From assembly GCA_963768855.1 (NCBI GenBank), contig CAVYJM010000006.1, positions 352,001 to 416,000 of the forward strand: a DNA stretch of 64,000 nucleotides, written 5' to 3'. Position 1 is the stretch's first letter. The number at the start of each line of letters is the position of its first letter. The DNA comes from an uncultured Thermoplasmata archaeon (GTDB lineage: Archaea > Thermoplasmatota > Thermoplasmata > RBG-16-68-12). This document shows, piece after piece, positions 41,093-49,541 of this stretch. The translations under genes and the position numbers were made by a program. The notes under the pieces are model-generated. The model was given only the letters and a program-made list of their open reading frames with translations. It was not told where the DNA came from and made no database searches.

Positions 41093-41177
41093 AAAACCTT
41101 AATAAGGGTCGGCTCTTTCGTCGGCTTCCCTCTGCAGGAGGCCGCGATGGCCGTCTGCACTGCAGGAGGCGACATCC
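41093..41177 (+). promoter_or_regulatory. rpl1 promoter and structured leader
   Basis: caaaaccttaataa BRE/TATA; hairpin TGCAG-GA-GGCC-gcgat-GGCC-GT-CTGCA; direct repeat CTGCAGGAGG whose second copy holds the SD. Confidence 0.45.
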
Positions 41178-41816
41178 TTGGCGGAAAAGCACTCCATCGA
41201 CACGGTGAAGAAGGCCCTCGAGGTGGCCAAGCCTCGGACCTTCAAGGAGACCGTCGAGGTCGCGCTGAACCTCCGCGAAGTGGACCTGTCCGTCCCGAAG
41301 AACCGGATCGACGAGGAGGTCGTCCTGCCCAAGGGACGCGGCAAGCAGGTCCGGATCTGCGTCTTCGCCTCCGGCGAGCTGGCCACGAAGGTGCGCCCGG
41401 TCGCCGACCTCGTCATCCAGCCTCAGGAGATCGAGGAGTATGCGGGCAACAAGCGCAAGGCGCACCTCCTCGCCCGCGATTTCGACTTCTTCGTCGCCGA
41501 GGCCCCGCTCATGCCCGTGATCGGCAGGCGGCTCGGCGTCGTCCTGGGCCCGCGGGGCAAGATGCCCCGGCCCGTGCCGCCCACCGCGGACCCGACGAAC
41601 CTGATCCGGAACATGCGGAACACGGTCCGCGTCCGGTCCAAGGACCGCCGGACGTTCCACGCCGCGATCGGGACGCGCGACATGCAGCCTGAAGACATCG
41701 CCGAGAACCTGGACGCGCTCGTGCGGCGCGTGATGGGTCGTCTCGAGCACGGACGCGACAACATCGCCTCGGCCTACGTCAAGACGACGATGGGCCCGGC
41801 CGTGAGGTTCCTGTAA
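41178..41816 (+). CDS. rpl1: 50S ribosomal protein uL1
   Basis: RTFKETVEVALNL, LPKGRGK, LGPRGKMP, VYVKTTMGP-like AYVKTTMGP; TTG start after GGAGG. Confidence 0.96.
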   Translation: MAEKHSIDTVKKALEVAKPRTFKETVEVALNLREVDLSVPKNRIDEEVVLPKGRGKQVRICVFASGELATKVRPVADLVIQPQEIEEYAGNKRKAHLLARDFDFFVAEAPLMPVIGRRLGVVLGPRGKMPRPVPPTADPTNLIRNMRNTVRVRSKDRRTFHAAIGTRDMQPEDIAENLDALVRRVMGRLEHGRDNIASAYVKTTMGPAVRFL

Positions 41817-41820
41817 GGGG

Positions 41821-42709
41821 ATGACCATGGCCCACGTCGCTCCGTACAAGCAGGAAATCGTGAAGGACCTCGTCTCCCGCTTCGAGAAGTCCAAGGTCGT
41901 CGGCCTGGCGAACATCCACGGCATCCCGGCACCCCAGTTCCAGGGGATCCGCAAGAGAGCTCGCCGGACGCGTCGCGATCACGGTCGCGAAGAACAACCT
42001 GATCAAACTCGCTCTCAAGGAGGCCGGCGCGAAGCGCAAGGGCCTCGACGCGCTCGCCGCAGACATCGACGGCCAGACGGCCGTCATCACGGCGGACGTG
42101 AACCCGTTCAGGCTGTTCAAGGAGCTCGAGAAGACGAAGACGCCCTCTCCCGCACGGGGCGGCGAGCGAGCGCCCGAGGACATCTGGGTTCGCGAGGGCG
42201 ACACGCCGTTCAAGCCTGGGCCGATTGTCGGCGAGCTGCAGAAGGCCGGCCTGCCGGCGGCGATCGAGAAGGGCAAGGTCATCATCAAGAAGGACAAGCT
42301 CGTCGTCAAGGCGGGGGACAAGATCCCGCGCGAGGTCGCGCAGGTGCTCGCCCGCCTCGAGATCTTCCCGCTCATCGTCGGACTCGACCTGAAGGGCGCG
42401 TACGAGGACGGCATGGTCTACCACCGGGACGCCCTCGCGGTCGACGAGACCGTGATCCGCGGGCAGATCAGCACTGCGAGCCGCCAGGCTCTCGGGCTGG
42501 CGCTCGAGATCGGCTACGCGACGAAGGCGACGGTCCAGCCCCTGCTCGCAAAGGCGTTCCAGAACGCGCTCTCCCTCTCCGTCGAATCGGGATTCCCGAC
42601 GAAGGAGAGCCTCAAGCTCCTTCTCGCGAGGGCCCAGGCCCAGGCGCTCGCCCTGTCGAGCCACGTGCCGGCGGCTCCCGCGGAGGAAGCGAAGAAGGAT
42701 TCAGGCTGA
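41821..42709 (+). CDS. rpl10: 50S ribosomal protein uL10/P0 (one +1 frameshift near 41955, probable sequencing error)
   Basis: HVAPYKQEIV..IPAPQFQGIRK, then in the other frame LAGRVAITVAKNNLIKLAL..NPFRLF..GDTPFKPGP. Confidence 0.93.
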
Positions 42710-42737
42710 TCAAGAGAAAACCAGGAGGTGACACACC

Positions 42738-43046
42738 ATGGAATACGTATATGGGGCGCTGGTCCTGCACGCGGCCGGCCAGCCGGTGAACGAGGCGAAC
42801 CTGAAGAAGGTCCTGACCGCCGCCGGCGTGAAGGTGGACGAGACGCGCGTGAAGGCCCTGACCGCCGCACTCGAGGGCGTGAACATCGACGAGGCGCTGA
42901 AGGCCGCCGCCGCGATGCCCGCCGCTCCCGCGGCCGCACCCGCAGCCGAGAAGAAGGACGAGAAGAAGAAGGAAGAGAAGAAGGAAGAGGAGAAGGTCTC
43001 GGAGGAAGAGGCCGCTGCGGGCCTGGGTGCGCTCTTCGGCCTGTAG
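42738..43046 (+). CDS. rpl12: Archaeal stalk protein P1/L12
   Basis: [11 protein letters not shown], Ala-rich hinge, [21 protein letters not shown]; SD GGAGGTGA. Confidence 0.97.
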   Translation: MEYVYGALVLHAAGQPVNEANLKKVLTAAGVKVDETRVKALTAALEGVNIDEALKAAAAMPAAPAAAPAAEKKDEKKKEEKKEEEKVSEEEAAAGLGALFGL

Positions 43047-43305
43047 GCCGGAGTCCGCACCTCACCTGCTTTTTCCATTTCCTTCGAGGAGTAGCGGGAG
43101 CGCTGAGGCACCGTCAACGAGTCGTGACATTTTCCATGAGTCTGTGGTTTGACCGAGGCGACTCGCGTTCGACTCCTTTGGTGACTTTAATCGATGGGAC
43201 GTGCCTCGGGGTTGATGCGAAGTGGCCATCGTGCGGGCCCAACGCTCAGACCACTTCACCTCGGCGCGCTCTGTGCGAGAGCCCATGCATGTTGCTTGAG
43301 TTGCT

Positions 43306-44601
43306 TCACAGACGCTCGAGGGAATCACACCATTTCTTGAGTTGACTCGTAGGAACCCCTAGAGTCGCGGCAGATTTCCTCTCCCCATGCTGACGGTCCG
43401 ACTCAAGCGATCGAAGAGAAGCAGCCTTGGTCGAGCTCCCGTAGAGCTGCAGTTCCTGCGCCCTGATGCGCATGAAATGTCTGCCAGCCAGTGCCCGGTC
43501 GAGTAGATCGAATGCCTCGGCAATCTTGGCGGAAGCGCCCCTCGCAGTCGTAGTGTTCAGGAGGGAGCGGCAAACAGAGCACTTGCAGAATTCGCTCGGA
43601 TTCGCTGCATAGTAAGTGATTGCATTCGCTTTTACGACCTTCGTGTGTGCCCAAGGGACATAATAGCGAATGGGGGGGCCCCCGCCGCTTGCCTGGCGGG
43701 CAACGCCTTTCCATTCTGCGTAGCAGACGCCTGAAGACACTCCCTTCAACCCCGCGGCGGAAAGCATCAAGGCGTAGAACCCCCCATAGAGGGCCATCGG
43801 AGCGACCCCCCGCTCTGCGAGTTGCTGAACCAGACGTCCGTAGCCCATGAGCTGTGTTTCCGAGGAATGTGATTCGTCGAACTCGGAAATCCACAAAAGG
43901 ACACTTGGGAACTCGGCGTAGTCTGCGACAACTTGGTCGATGGAATCCTCGTCCAACAAGACGCGATCAGACAGGCAGATGACTGGGACAGTTAGTTCGG
44001 TTTTCCGCCGCGAGGCCGCACACTTTGCCATCTCGAGCGAAATAGAATACCATTCATCATCAATGGATGATGCATGGAAATAGGGTGCCACGAGGAACTC
44101 CGGTTCCAGTTGGGGGATCTCAGAACTCTCTCCAATCATTTGGAGATAGTCGGAAATCCTCCGCTGTGTCGATTCGCCTCGGGAGAGAGCAGTAAGTTCG
44201 AATGACAAGACTCTGTCAACCCATTCACGACCCGCAGCATTCAGCCTGCCGTTCTCGAAGAAATCGCGCGGCCTCAGCGGCCGCTTGCCAGCGATGGTGG
44301 GGAGTATGCCACCATATTCTTCGATTAGCTGGACATATGACTGTCGAAGGTCGTCCTCTTTCAGGACCATGCTCGGATCTTGAGCGAAGATGTAGGTCAT
44401 CGGGTCGATAAAGAATGGCTTCCGTGTCCTACCCAAAAGACCCGCGGCCCAGGATTGCCCCCACGCAGCAACGTTGGCGCCTATTACGATTCCATAGTAG
44501 CTGGGTGCTTCGGCCTCAAGGGGACCTGCGTCAGGCGCTATCCCCAATCGGTAGTAGATACGCAGGCTGCCGGACTTCCGAGGCAATTGGGCATCACCCA
44601 C
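43306..44601 (-). CDS. Uncharacterised 431-aa protein, probable TIM-barrel of the TGT/DpdA/beta-protein-like group with a C-terminal Zn site
   Basis: FFIDPMTY, LVAPYF, alternating beta/alpha pattern, GGGPPIRYY, CKCSVC-x30-H; GTG start overlaps the upstream stop. Confidence 0.6.
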   Translation of the reverse strand: MGDAQLPRKSGSLRIYYRLGIAPDAGPLEAEAPSYYGIVIGANVAAWGQSWAAGLLGRTRKPFFIDPMTYIFAQDPSMVLKEDDLRQSYVQLIEEYGGILPTIAGKRPLRPRDFFENGRLNAAGREWVDRVLSFELTALSRGESTQRRISDYLQMIGESSEIPQLEPEFLVAPYFHASSIDDEWYSISLEMAKCAASRRKTELTVPVICLSDRVLLDEDSIDQVVADYAEFPSVLLWISEFDESHSSETQLMGYGRLVQQLAERGVAPMALYGGFYALMLSAAGLKGVSSGVCYAEWKGVARQASGGGPPIRYYVPWAHTKVVKANAITYYAANPSEFCKCSVCRSLLNTTTARGASAKIAEAFDLLDRALAGRHFMRIRAQELQLYGSSTKAASLRSLESDRQHGERKSAATLGVPTSQLKKWCDSLERL

Positions 44602-45007
44602 GAGTCATTACCTGACTCCTCACCGCGGCAAGGAAGGCGGGGTACAGAACCTTGGATGTTTGAGCCCGCATCTCGACCTTAGCAATTCCATCGACTGCCA
44701 TGAGTCCGATTCCGTACTTCGCCAAAAGCTCTAGATCGACGCTCGGTACGTGCCGGGCCGAAACCGCGAGAAAGGCCTCGTGAGCGCAGAGCCTGTACGG
44801 GAGGACTTGTTGCAGACCCTGCCGCCAGTGGTCGACTTTTGCCTCGACGGCGACAACGTGCCCTGTGCGCGGAAGGACTCCGACTAAATCGATTCGCTTT
44901 GACAGAAAAGGAACCTCTGCCCGGACGCGATACCCAGCCTCGGCAAGGTAGCGTCGCACCCGCCATGTGACTTGCGTTTCCTTTTGCGGGTCATTTGTGG
45001 TCTTCAA
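44594..45007 (-). CDS. Small PD-(D/E)XK nuclease-fold protein (MmcB/sce7726-like)
   Basis: E..V..YL..GY.V..EV...RIDLV...VAVEAK...QGLQQ...Y. Confidence 0.75.
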   Translation of the reverse strand: MKTTNDPQKETQVTWRVRRYLAEAGYRVRAEVPFLSKRIDLVGVLPRTGHVVAVEAKVDHWRQGLQQVLPYRLCAHEAFLAVSARHVPSVDLELLAKYGIGLMAVDGIAKVEMRAQTSKVLYPAFLAAVRSQVMTRG

Positions 45008-45395
45008 TCACAAGCGTCTCCTTCCATTTCTTGAAGCCGTGGTCGCACGATAAAACCTTTCCTCCCCGCTCATGGCGGGCCAGCACAAGGAGGGTACAAT
45101 CGACCATACTAAGGCCCTTGGCTTTGGGATCAGCCAGCAGCCGGCCTATCTCGGCGACGATGGACTCGGGGATTTGAGTCTCGATGCGACTAAGGGTCCG
45201 AATGCGATCGGTGTCCTTTTCGTATCCCTCATGAGAGATGCCTGACTTGGCGTAGTGTTTCTTCAGCTCTACGAGGACGAGCGCATGGGTAACGTTGTAA
45301 TCGGCGCCGATGAGGTGGTCTCTAATCTTCTTCCCGCGGCCGGGCTCTCGGAAGAACGCTATCCATGCTGAGGTGTCCACAATCAACACACGCAA
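44991..45395 (-). CDS. PIN-domain (VapC-like) ribonuclease
   Basis: VDTSAW, LVELK, LSMVDC..L..AR, VLSCDHGF; TTG start approximate. Confidence 0.85.
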   Translation of the reverse strand: MRVLIVDTSAWIAFFREPGRGKKIRDHLIGADYNVTHALVLVELKKHYAKSGISHEGYEKDTDRIRTLSRIETQIPESIVAEIGRLLADPKAKGLSMVDCTLLVLARHERGGKVLSCDHGFKKWKETLVIEDHK

Positions 45396-45411
45396 GCATT
45401 GGACACTCCGG

Positions 45412-45981
45412 TCATGTCGCCCTCTCGAGATCAGGTCGGCTTCCGACGCCAAGCACATCGTCGAGGATTTTTGACTTTACCGTCATCCCTCTATAGTTGG
45501 CGTAAACATACTTCAACAACTCACTGAGCGGAACTCGGTTGAACCGTGTCTTGAGGCGTTCGAGAGCCCGCCTCTCTTCCGGCGTCAACTGGGCGAATAC
45601 CTTCTCTCCGACTTGGAGGCCGCGATCCGTCAGCCGATAAATCTCGACCTTCCCTGGTTCTCCCCCCGCATTCACCGATCCGGTCGCTGCTACCGCGTCA
45701 AGCATGTCGCGGTGGCTTTCAAACTTCTCCACATCAACCGCCAGTAGGTTTGCCTGCTTGAGCGCCTCGAGGTAATCGACGACCTCCTTAGAGTAGGGTC
45801 CGAGCTCGTAGGGCTTGTATGCGTATTCGGTCTTCGCCTCCTCAAAGCCTCCCTCCTCGAGAGCGAGGAAGACGAGCTTCTCAAGCCTTGTCACCCCTCG
45901 AATTGGCTCTCCCACGTGCTTGCTAGCCCCCTTGGCATAGAGAAGGCCCACTAGCAGGTCGAGTCCGAGGTTCCTTGCCAT
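45412..45981 (-). CDS. Panacea/SocA (DUF4065)-like wHTH protein
   Basis: GVTRLEKLVFL, YKPYELGPYSKEV..L, IYRLTDRG, FN..PLSELLKYVY..Y; TATA tttaaga ~33 bp upstream. Confidence 0.72.
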   Translation of the reverse strand: MARNLGLDLLVGLLYAKGASKHVGEPIRGVTRLEKLVFLALEEGGFEEAKTEYAYKPYELGPYSKEVVDYLEALKQANLLAVDVEKFESHRDMLDAVAATGSVNAGGEPGKVEIYRLTDRGLQVGEKVFAQLTPEERRALERLKTRFNRVPLSELLKYVYANYRGMTVKSKILDDVLGVGSRPDLERAT

Positions 45982-46155
45982 TTTCCCTCACGTTTCATAG
46001 ACCGCCGTGCTTGTCTTAAAGGTGCCTGAGGGGCCTGAGAATCGCATTGTCGCGACGCAATATTCCACGCCACTCTGACGGTTTCTGAGCCTCTCCTGAG
46101 GAACTTGACCCTACGTAACGTAGCCGGCGCTTATTGGGTCTGGGAATCCTCGGAA

Positions 46156-46440
46156 TTACAGTCCGTGTCCGCTCTCCGTCAGATTCCGCAGCCGCTGCAG
46201 GAACATCGCCACGGCCGCCCCGTCGACCACGTCGTGGTCGAACACGATCGTCATCCCGAGGAACTCGCAGGCCTCCACGCGGTCCTCCACCACCGCGGGC
46301 TTCTGCGCGATCGCCTCGAGCGCCACGCTCAGCGGGTGGGACTCGACCGGGATGCCCCTGCTGCTCCCGCCCGAGACCTTCCCGAACATCCCCACGGACG
46401 TCACGCGGACCGTCCCCATCGTCCGCTTCATGCGGAACGG
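46156..46440 (-). pseudogene. C-terminal remnant of a 2-oxoacid dehydrogenase E2 (acyltransferase)-like gene
   Basis: MGTVRVTSVGMFG..FDHDVVDGA..F..RL; N-terminal part missing, fused to the end of the upstream gene. Confidence 0.7.
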
Positions 46441-47186
46441 GCCGCGTCCGGTTGGGCCACGGCAGCGTGCCCCGCACGCCAGTACACGAGGCTCATCATT
46501 GTTCCGGAAGCGATGAGCACGATCCAGTTGATCGTAAGGATCGTGACCTCGAAGGCGACGATGTCTTGCGCCGCGACCGCCAGGGCGACGAAGGCGACGA
46601 CCGCCAAGACGAAGCCCGCGACGAAGAGCCAGCGGACGGCCCGCTCCGCGCGTCCTCCCTCGAACACCGGCGCGGTGAAGAGGAAGGCCACTGTCATGAG
46701 CAAGTAGCCGAGCGCCTCGAACACGATGAAGAACCCATGGGGATTGTACTGCGTGAACAGGGAGAGCCCGGCCGTCTCGCCGGCCTGGAGGCTTGGCACG
46801 ACGATTGCGAGCTGGATAGCGTAGTCCACTAGGATGACGGCGGCGTAGAGCAGGGCGAAGGACAGTCCGATGCGGCTGAAGACCTTCTTGCCCTCTGCGG
46901 CGTACGCATGGATGCAGGCCATGAGAACGACGAACGTGGGCGCCAACAGGATCCCTGGGACGAGCCAGACGTAGTCCTGGGGGATGAACGCGGCCACGTC
47001 CGTATAGGGGTACGGAACACAGGCGGTCCCGCAGAACGGGCCGCTCCTAGGGGGCGTCGAGATGCCCATGACCATGAACACCGCGGCCAGCACGGCCGTC
47101 AGGAAAGCCGACCAGAATCCCAGCCGGAATGCGTTAGTCGTGGCGAACGCCTCCGTCTCGGTATCAGGCGTAGCCGCCGTGGCCAT
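46428..47186 (-). CDS. Conserved hypothetical multi-pass membrane protein
   Basis: ~6-7 TM helices; CGTACVPYPY loop, QYNPHGFFIVFEALGY. Confidence 0.75.
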   Translation of the reverse strand: MATAATPDTETEAFATTNAFRLGFWSAFLTAVLAAVFMVMGISTPPRSGPFCGTACVPYPYTDVAAFIPQDYVWLVPGILLAPTFVVLMACIHAYAAEGKKVFSRIGLSFALLYAAVILVDYAIQLAIVVPSLQAGETAGLSLFTQYNPHGFFIVFEALGYLLMTVAFLFTAPVFEGGRAERAVRWLFVAGFVLAVVAFVALAVAAQDIVAFEVTILTINWIVLIASGTMMSLVYWRAGHAAVAQPDAARSA

Positions 47187-47381
47187 CTCTTCCTTCCCCC
47201 GAAACTCTCAGCGACGTTCGACCTCGCGAGCGCGCGGGAATCATGGGGTCCGCCGAAGTACCTTCTGTATGTATGCTAGGGAGGCAATCGCTCAAGCCAG
47301 ATGTCGGTCGCGGGTCACGGGCGCCAGTAGATCGTGTCCGGGGGGCGGCTCCCGCCTCGTCCGCGGAGGTCGCGCGCGAAC

Positions 47382-48344
47382 CTACGCGTCCACGAAGGGA
47401 CGATAGGAATCGAGGTGCGGCGTCGAGACGTTCAGCCGGTGTCCGGCCTCGATCACCTCGTCGTAGATCTGTCGGAACTCGGCCGCGTACTCCGGCTGGG
47501 TCTGGGACATGCGGCGGGTGACGGGCTGGGCAAGAGCGCGTCGCATGAGGGGCGCCGCGACGAGCGGCGCGGTCATGAACACTCGGGCGTCAGGAATCTT
47601 GCGGACGTCCACGCCCCGAGCCGCGCAGATGTCCATGGCCTCGCGGCCTGCGAGCAACGCCTCGTGGATCGCCTTCTTGTTCTCCGCGAAGGCGTCGTAC
47701 CCGCCCTCTTTCGCATTGGCGCCGGTGTACACCGCCGTGCTGGCGAAGTGGACCCAGTACCAGTGCACCATGTTCTCCGTGGTCTCGACCTCGAACCCCG
47801 CAGGGCGGAAGAGGCCCGAGACGAAGTCCAGGTTCTTGCGGGCTCCCCCTTCCACGACCGGCGGCGTCGGGCGGCCGCTCGTGCTCAGGCCGAGGTTCAC
47901 CTTGCCCTCGAACGCGCCGTCGAGGACGCCTTTCGACAGGACGCCTCCCGCCCGCGGCATCCCGAGGACGTACTGCTCCTTGGTCAGGGTGCGGTCGATC
48001 AGGTCGAGCCCGTGCCAGTTCTGATGGAAGAAGAGGACCACGGCGTTGCCCCGGTTCTTCGCGATCTCCGGGAGGACGGCCTCGGCCTGCGTGTAGCGCA
48101 CCGCATCGACGATCAGGTCGTACCCGTCTTCAGGGCCGAATGCGTTCACGACGTACGGGCGGTAGAGGACCTTGGTCTCCTCCGTGCGGCCCTCGCGGCC
48201 GTCCAGGATTCGGAGCGCGACTCCGTCCGCCCAGCGGCCCTCGTGACCCGGTCGCACCAGGAGGGACACGTTGTGGCCCGTTCGCTCGAACGCCCACGCA
48301 TGCATCGTCCCGATGACGCCGGCTCCGAACACGAGGATCTTCAC
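47382..48344 (-). CDS. Ketopantoate reductase (PanE/ApbA)-family oxidoreductase
   Basis: MKILVFGAGVIG, YDLIVDAVRY, FFHQNW, GMPRAGG. Confidence 0.8.
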   Translation of the reverse strand: MKILVFGAGVIGTMHAWAFERTGHNVSLLVRPGHEGRWADGVALRILDGREGRTEETKVLYRPYVVNAFGPEDGYDLIVDAVRYTQAEAVLPEIAKNRGNAVVLFFHQNWHGLDLIDRTLTKEQYVLGMPRAGGVLSKGVLDGAFEGKVNLGLSTSGRPTPPVVEGGARKNLDFVSGLFRPAGFEVETTENMVHWYWVHFASTAVYTGANAKEGGYDAFAENKKAIHEALLAGREAMDICAARGVDVRKIPDARVFMTAPLVAAPLMRRALAQPVTRRMSQTQPEYAAEFRQIYDEVIEAGHRLNVSTPHLDSYRPFVDA

Positions 48345-48532
48345 GGTTTCCCTACTGCTTCGTGGCTCCCGGGGTCCGTGAATGCGATTGAGGCGTACTT
48401 ATGGTCGAGGGTCCCCCACGCCACGCGGTTCTGGGCCCCGGAACGCCGCCAAACGCGCGCAGCCCTCGGTATCAATCGCGTCTATTACCCAGGAAGGTTC
48501 TTTTGGCGTCGCTCCTCACGGGGACTCCCAGC

Positions 48533-49453
48533 ATGCTGCTCGTGGCCATCGTCGGGGATCGCGGGTCCGGGAAGACGACCTTCCTCGGTCTCCTCTACGC
48601 GGCGCTCGTGAGCTCCGGCTCGGACAAGGAGGACGACCTCCGCTTCCACGTGGCCTACGAATCCCTCGATGAGATCACGGCCCTCTACCAGCGGCTCATG
48701 TCCGGTGGCTTCCCCGATTCCGCGACGAAGGAGGGGATTCACGAGCTCCGCGTCGAGCTCGGGGCCGGCAGCTCCGGTCGCGGGTTCCTCTCGCGGCTCG
48801 GGTCCCGGAAGGGGGCCGCCGGCGCGTCCACGACGATCCGCTTCACCTTGCCGGGGAATCTCGACGAGGCGGCCCATGGGTTCGATCAAGGGAGCACGTT
48901 CGGCACGGGACCGTGGCGGGAGGCCCTCGATGCGGACGTCCTCCTCATCGTGGCAGACAGCACGAAGCTCACTCCCAAGGCCGAGGACCCCAAGCCGGGG
49001 CCCATGGCGACCTACGACGACCAGATTGACTCCCTGTTCACTGCGATTCGCCGATGGCGGGCGCGAGGGGGACGCGAGGTCGTGCACCCCGTCTTCGTCC
49101 TTTCCAAGTTCGATTCCGTGGCCCCCGCGGTGCTGACCGCTGCGGAGCTCGAGCCCACCCCGCCGGACGCCTCCAAGCCGGGCCCTCGAGCCGCGTACGC
49201 GAGGGCCCTCCTGGATCCCAACCTCCCGCGGACTCTCGCAACCCTCCGGGAGACGGGCAAGGCCCGGCCCCGGCTCGCCGAGGCGCGCTACTTCTTCAGC
49301 TCCGTGCATACGAAGGCAGGCGCCCCCGGGCAACTGCCGAAGATCAAGCTTCGGGGTGGCGGCCACGGCGGCTGGGAACCGGACTATTCGAAAGACGAAC
49401 ACCTTGCTCTCTTGGAGAGGCTCGCGGAGATCGCGGCGGAGACGAAAGCCTGA
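48533..49453 (+). CDS. TRAFAC-class GTPase paralog 1 (degenerate G3)
   Basis: G1 GDRGSGKTT, FPDSAT, TLPG in place of DxxG, ADSTK, G4 SKFD; start ATG 48533. Confidence 0.78.
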   Translation: MLLVAIVGDRGSGKTTFLGLLYAALVSSGSDKEDDLRFHVAYESLDEITALYQRLMSGGFPDSATKEGIHELRVELGAGSSGRGFLSRLGSRKGAAGASTTIRFTLPGNLDEAAHGFDQGSTFGTGPWREALDADVLLIVADSTKLTPKAEDPKPGPMATYDDQIDSLFTAIRRWRARGGREVVHPVFVLSKFDSVAPAVLTAAELEPTPPDASKPGPRAAYARALLDPNLPRTLATLRETGKARPRLAEARYFFSSVHTKAGAPGQLPKIKLRGGGHGGWEPDYSKDEHLALLERLAEIAAETKA

Positions 49454-49541
49454 GGCAGACGGCCCCTCCGGCGGCGCGTCCTTTGCAAGATTGATAATTC
49501 CCAAGCAGGGTTTAAGTACGCAAGCGCCGGGTGAGGCCCTC

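Larger units (their letters stand above)
43080..46150. mobile_element. Low-GC acquired islet carrying a four-gene minus-strand operon
   Basis: GC drops sharply after rpl12: line 42841-42900 has 41/60 G+C, line 44041-44100 has 25/60. No integrase or flanking direct repeat seen; boundaries approximate. Confidence 0.6.

Noticed and set aside
43155-43185. GTTCGACTCC after rpl12 as a tRNA fragment or att site for the low-GC islet
   Set aside because: The flanks do not form a T-stem and do not match the tRNA-Cys 3' end; no second copy was found at the other boundary.
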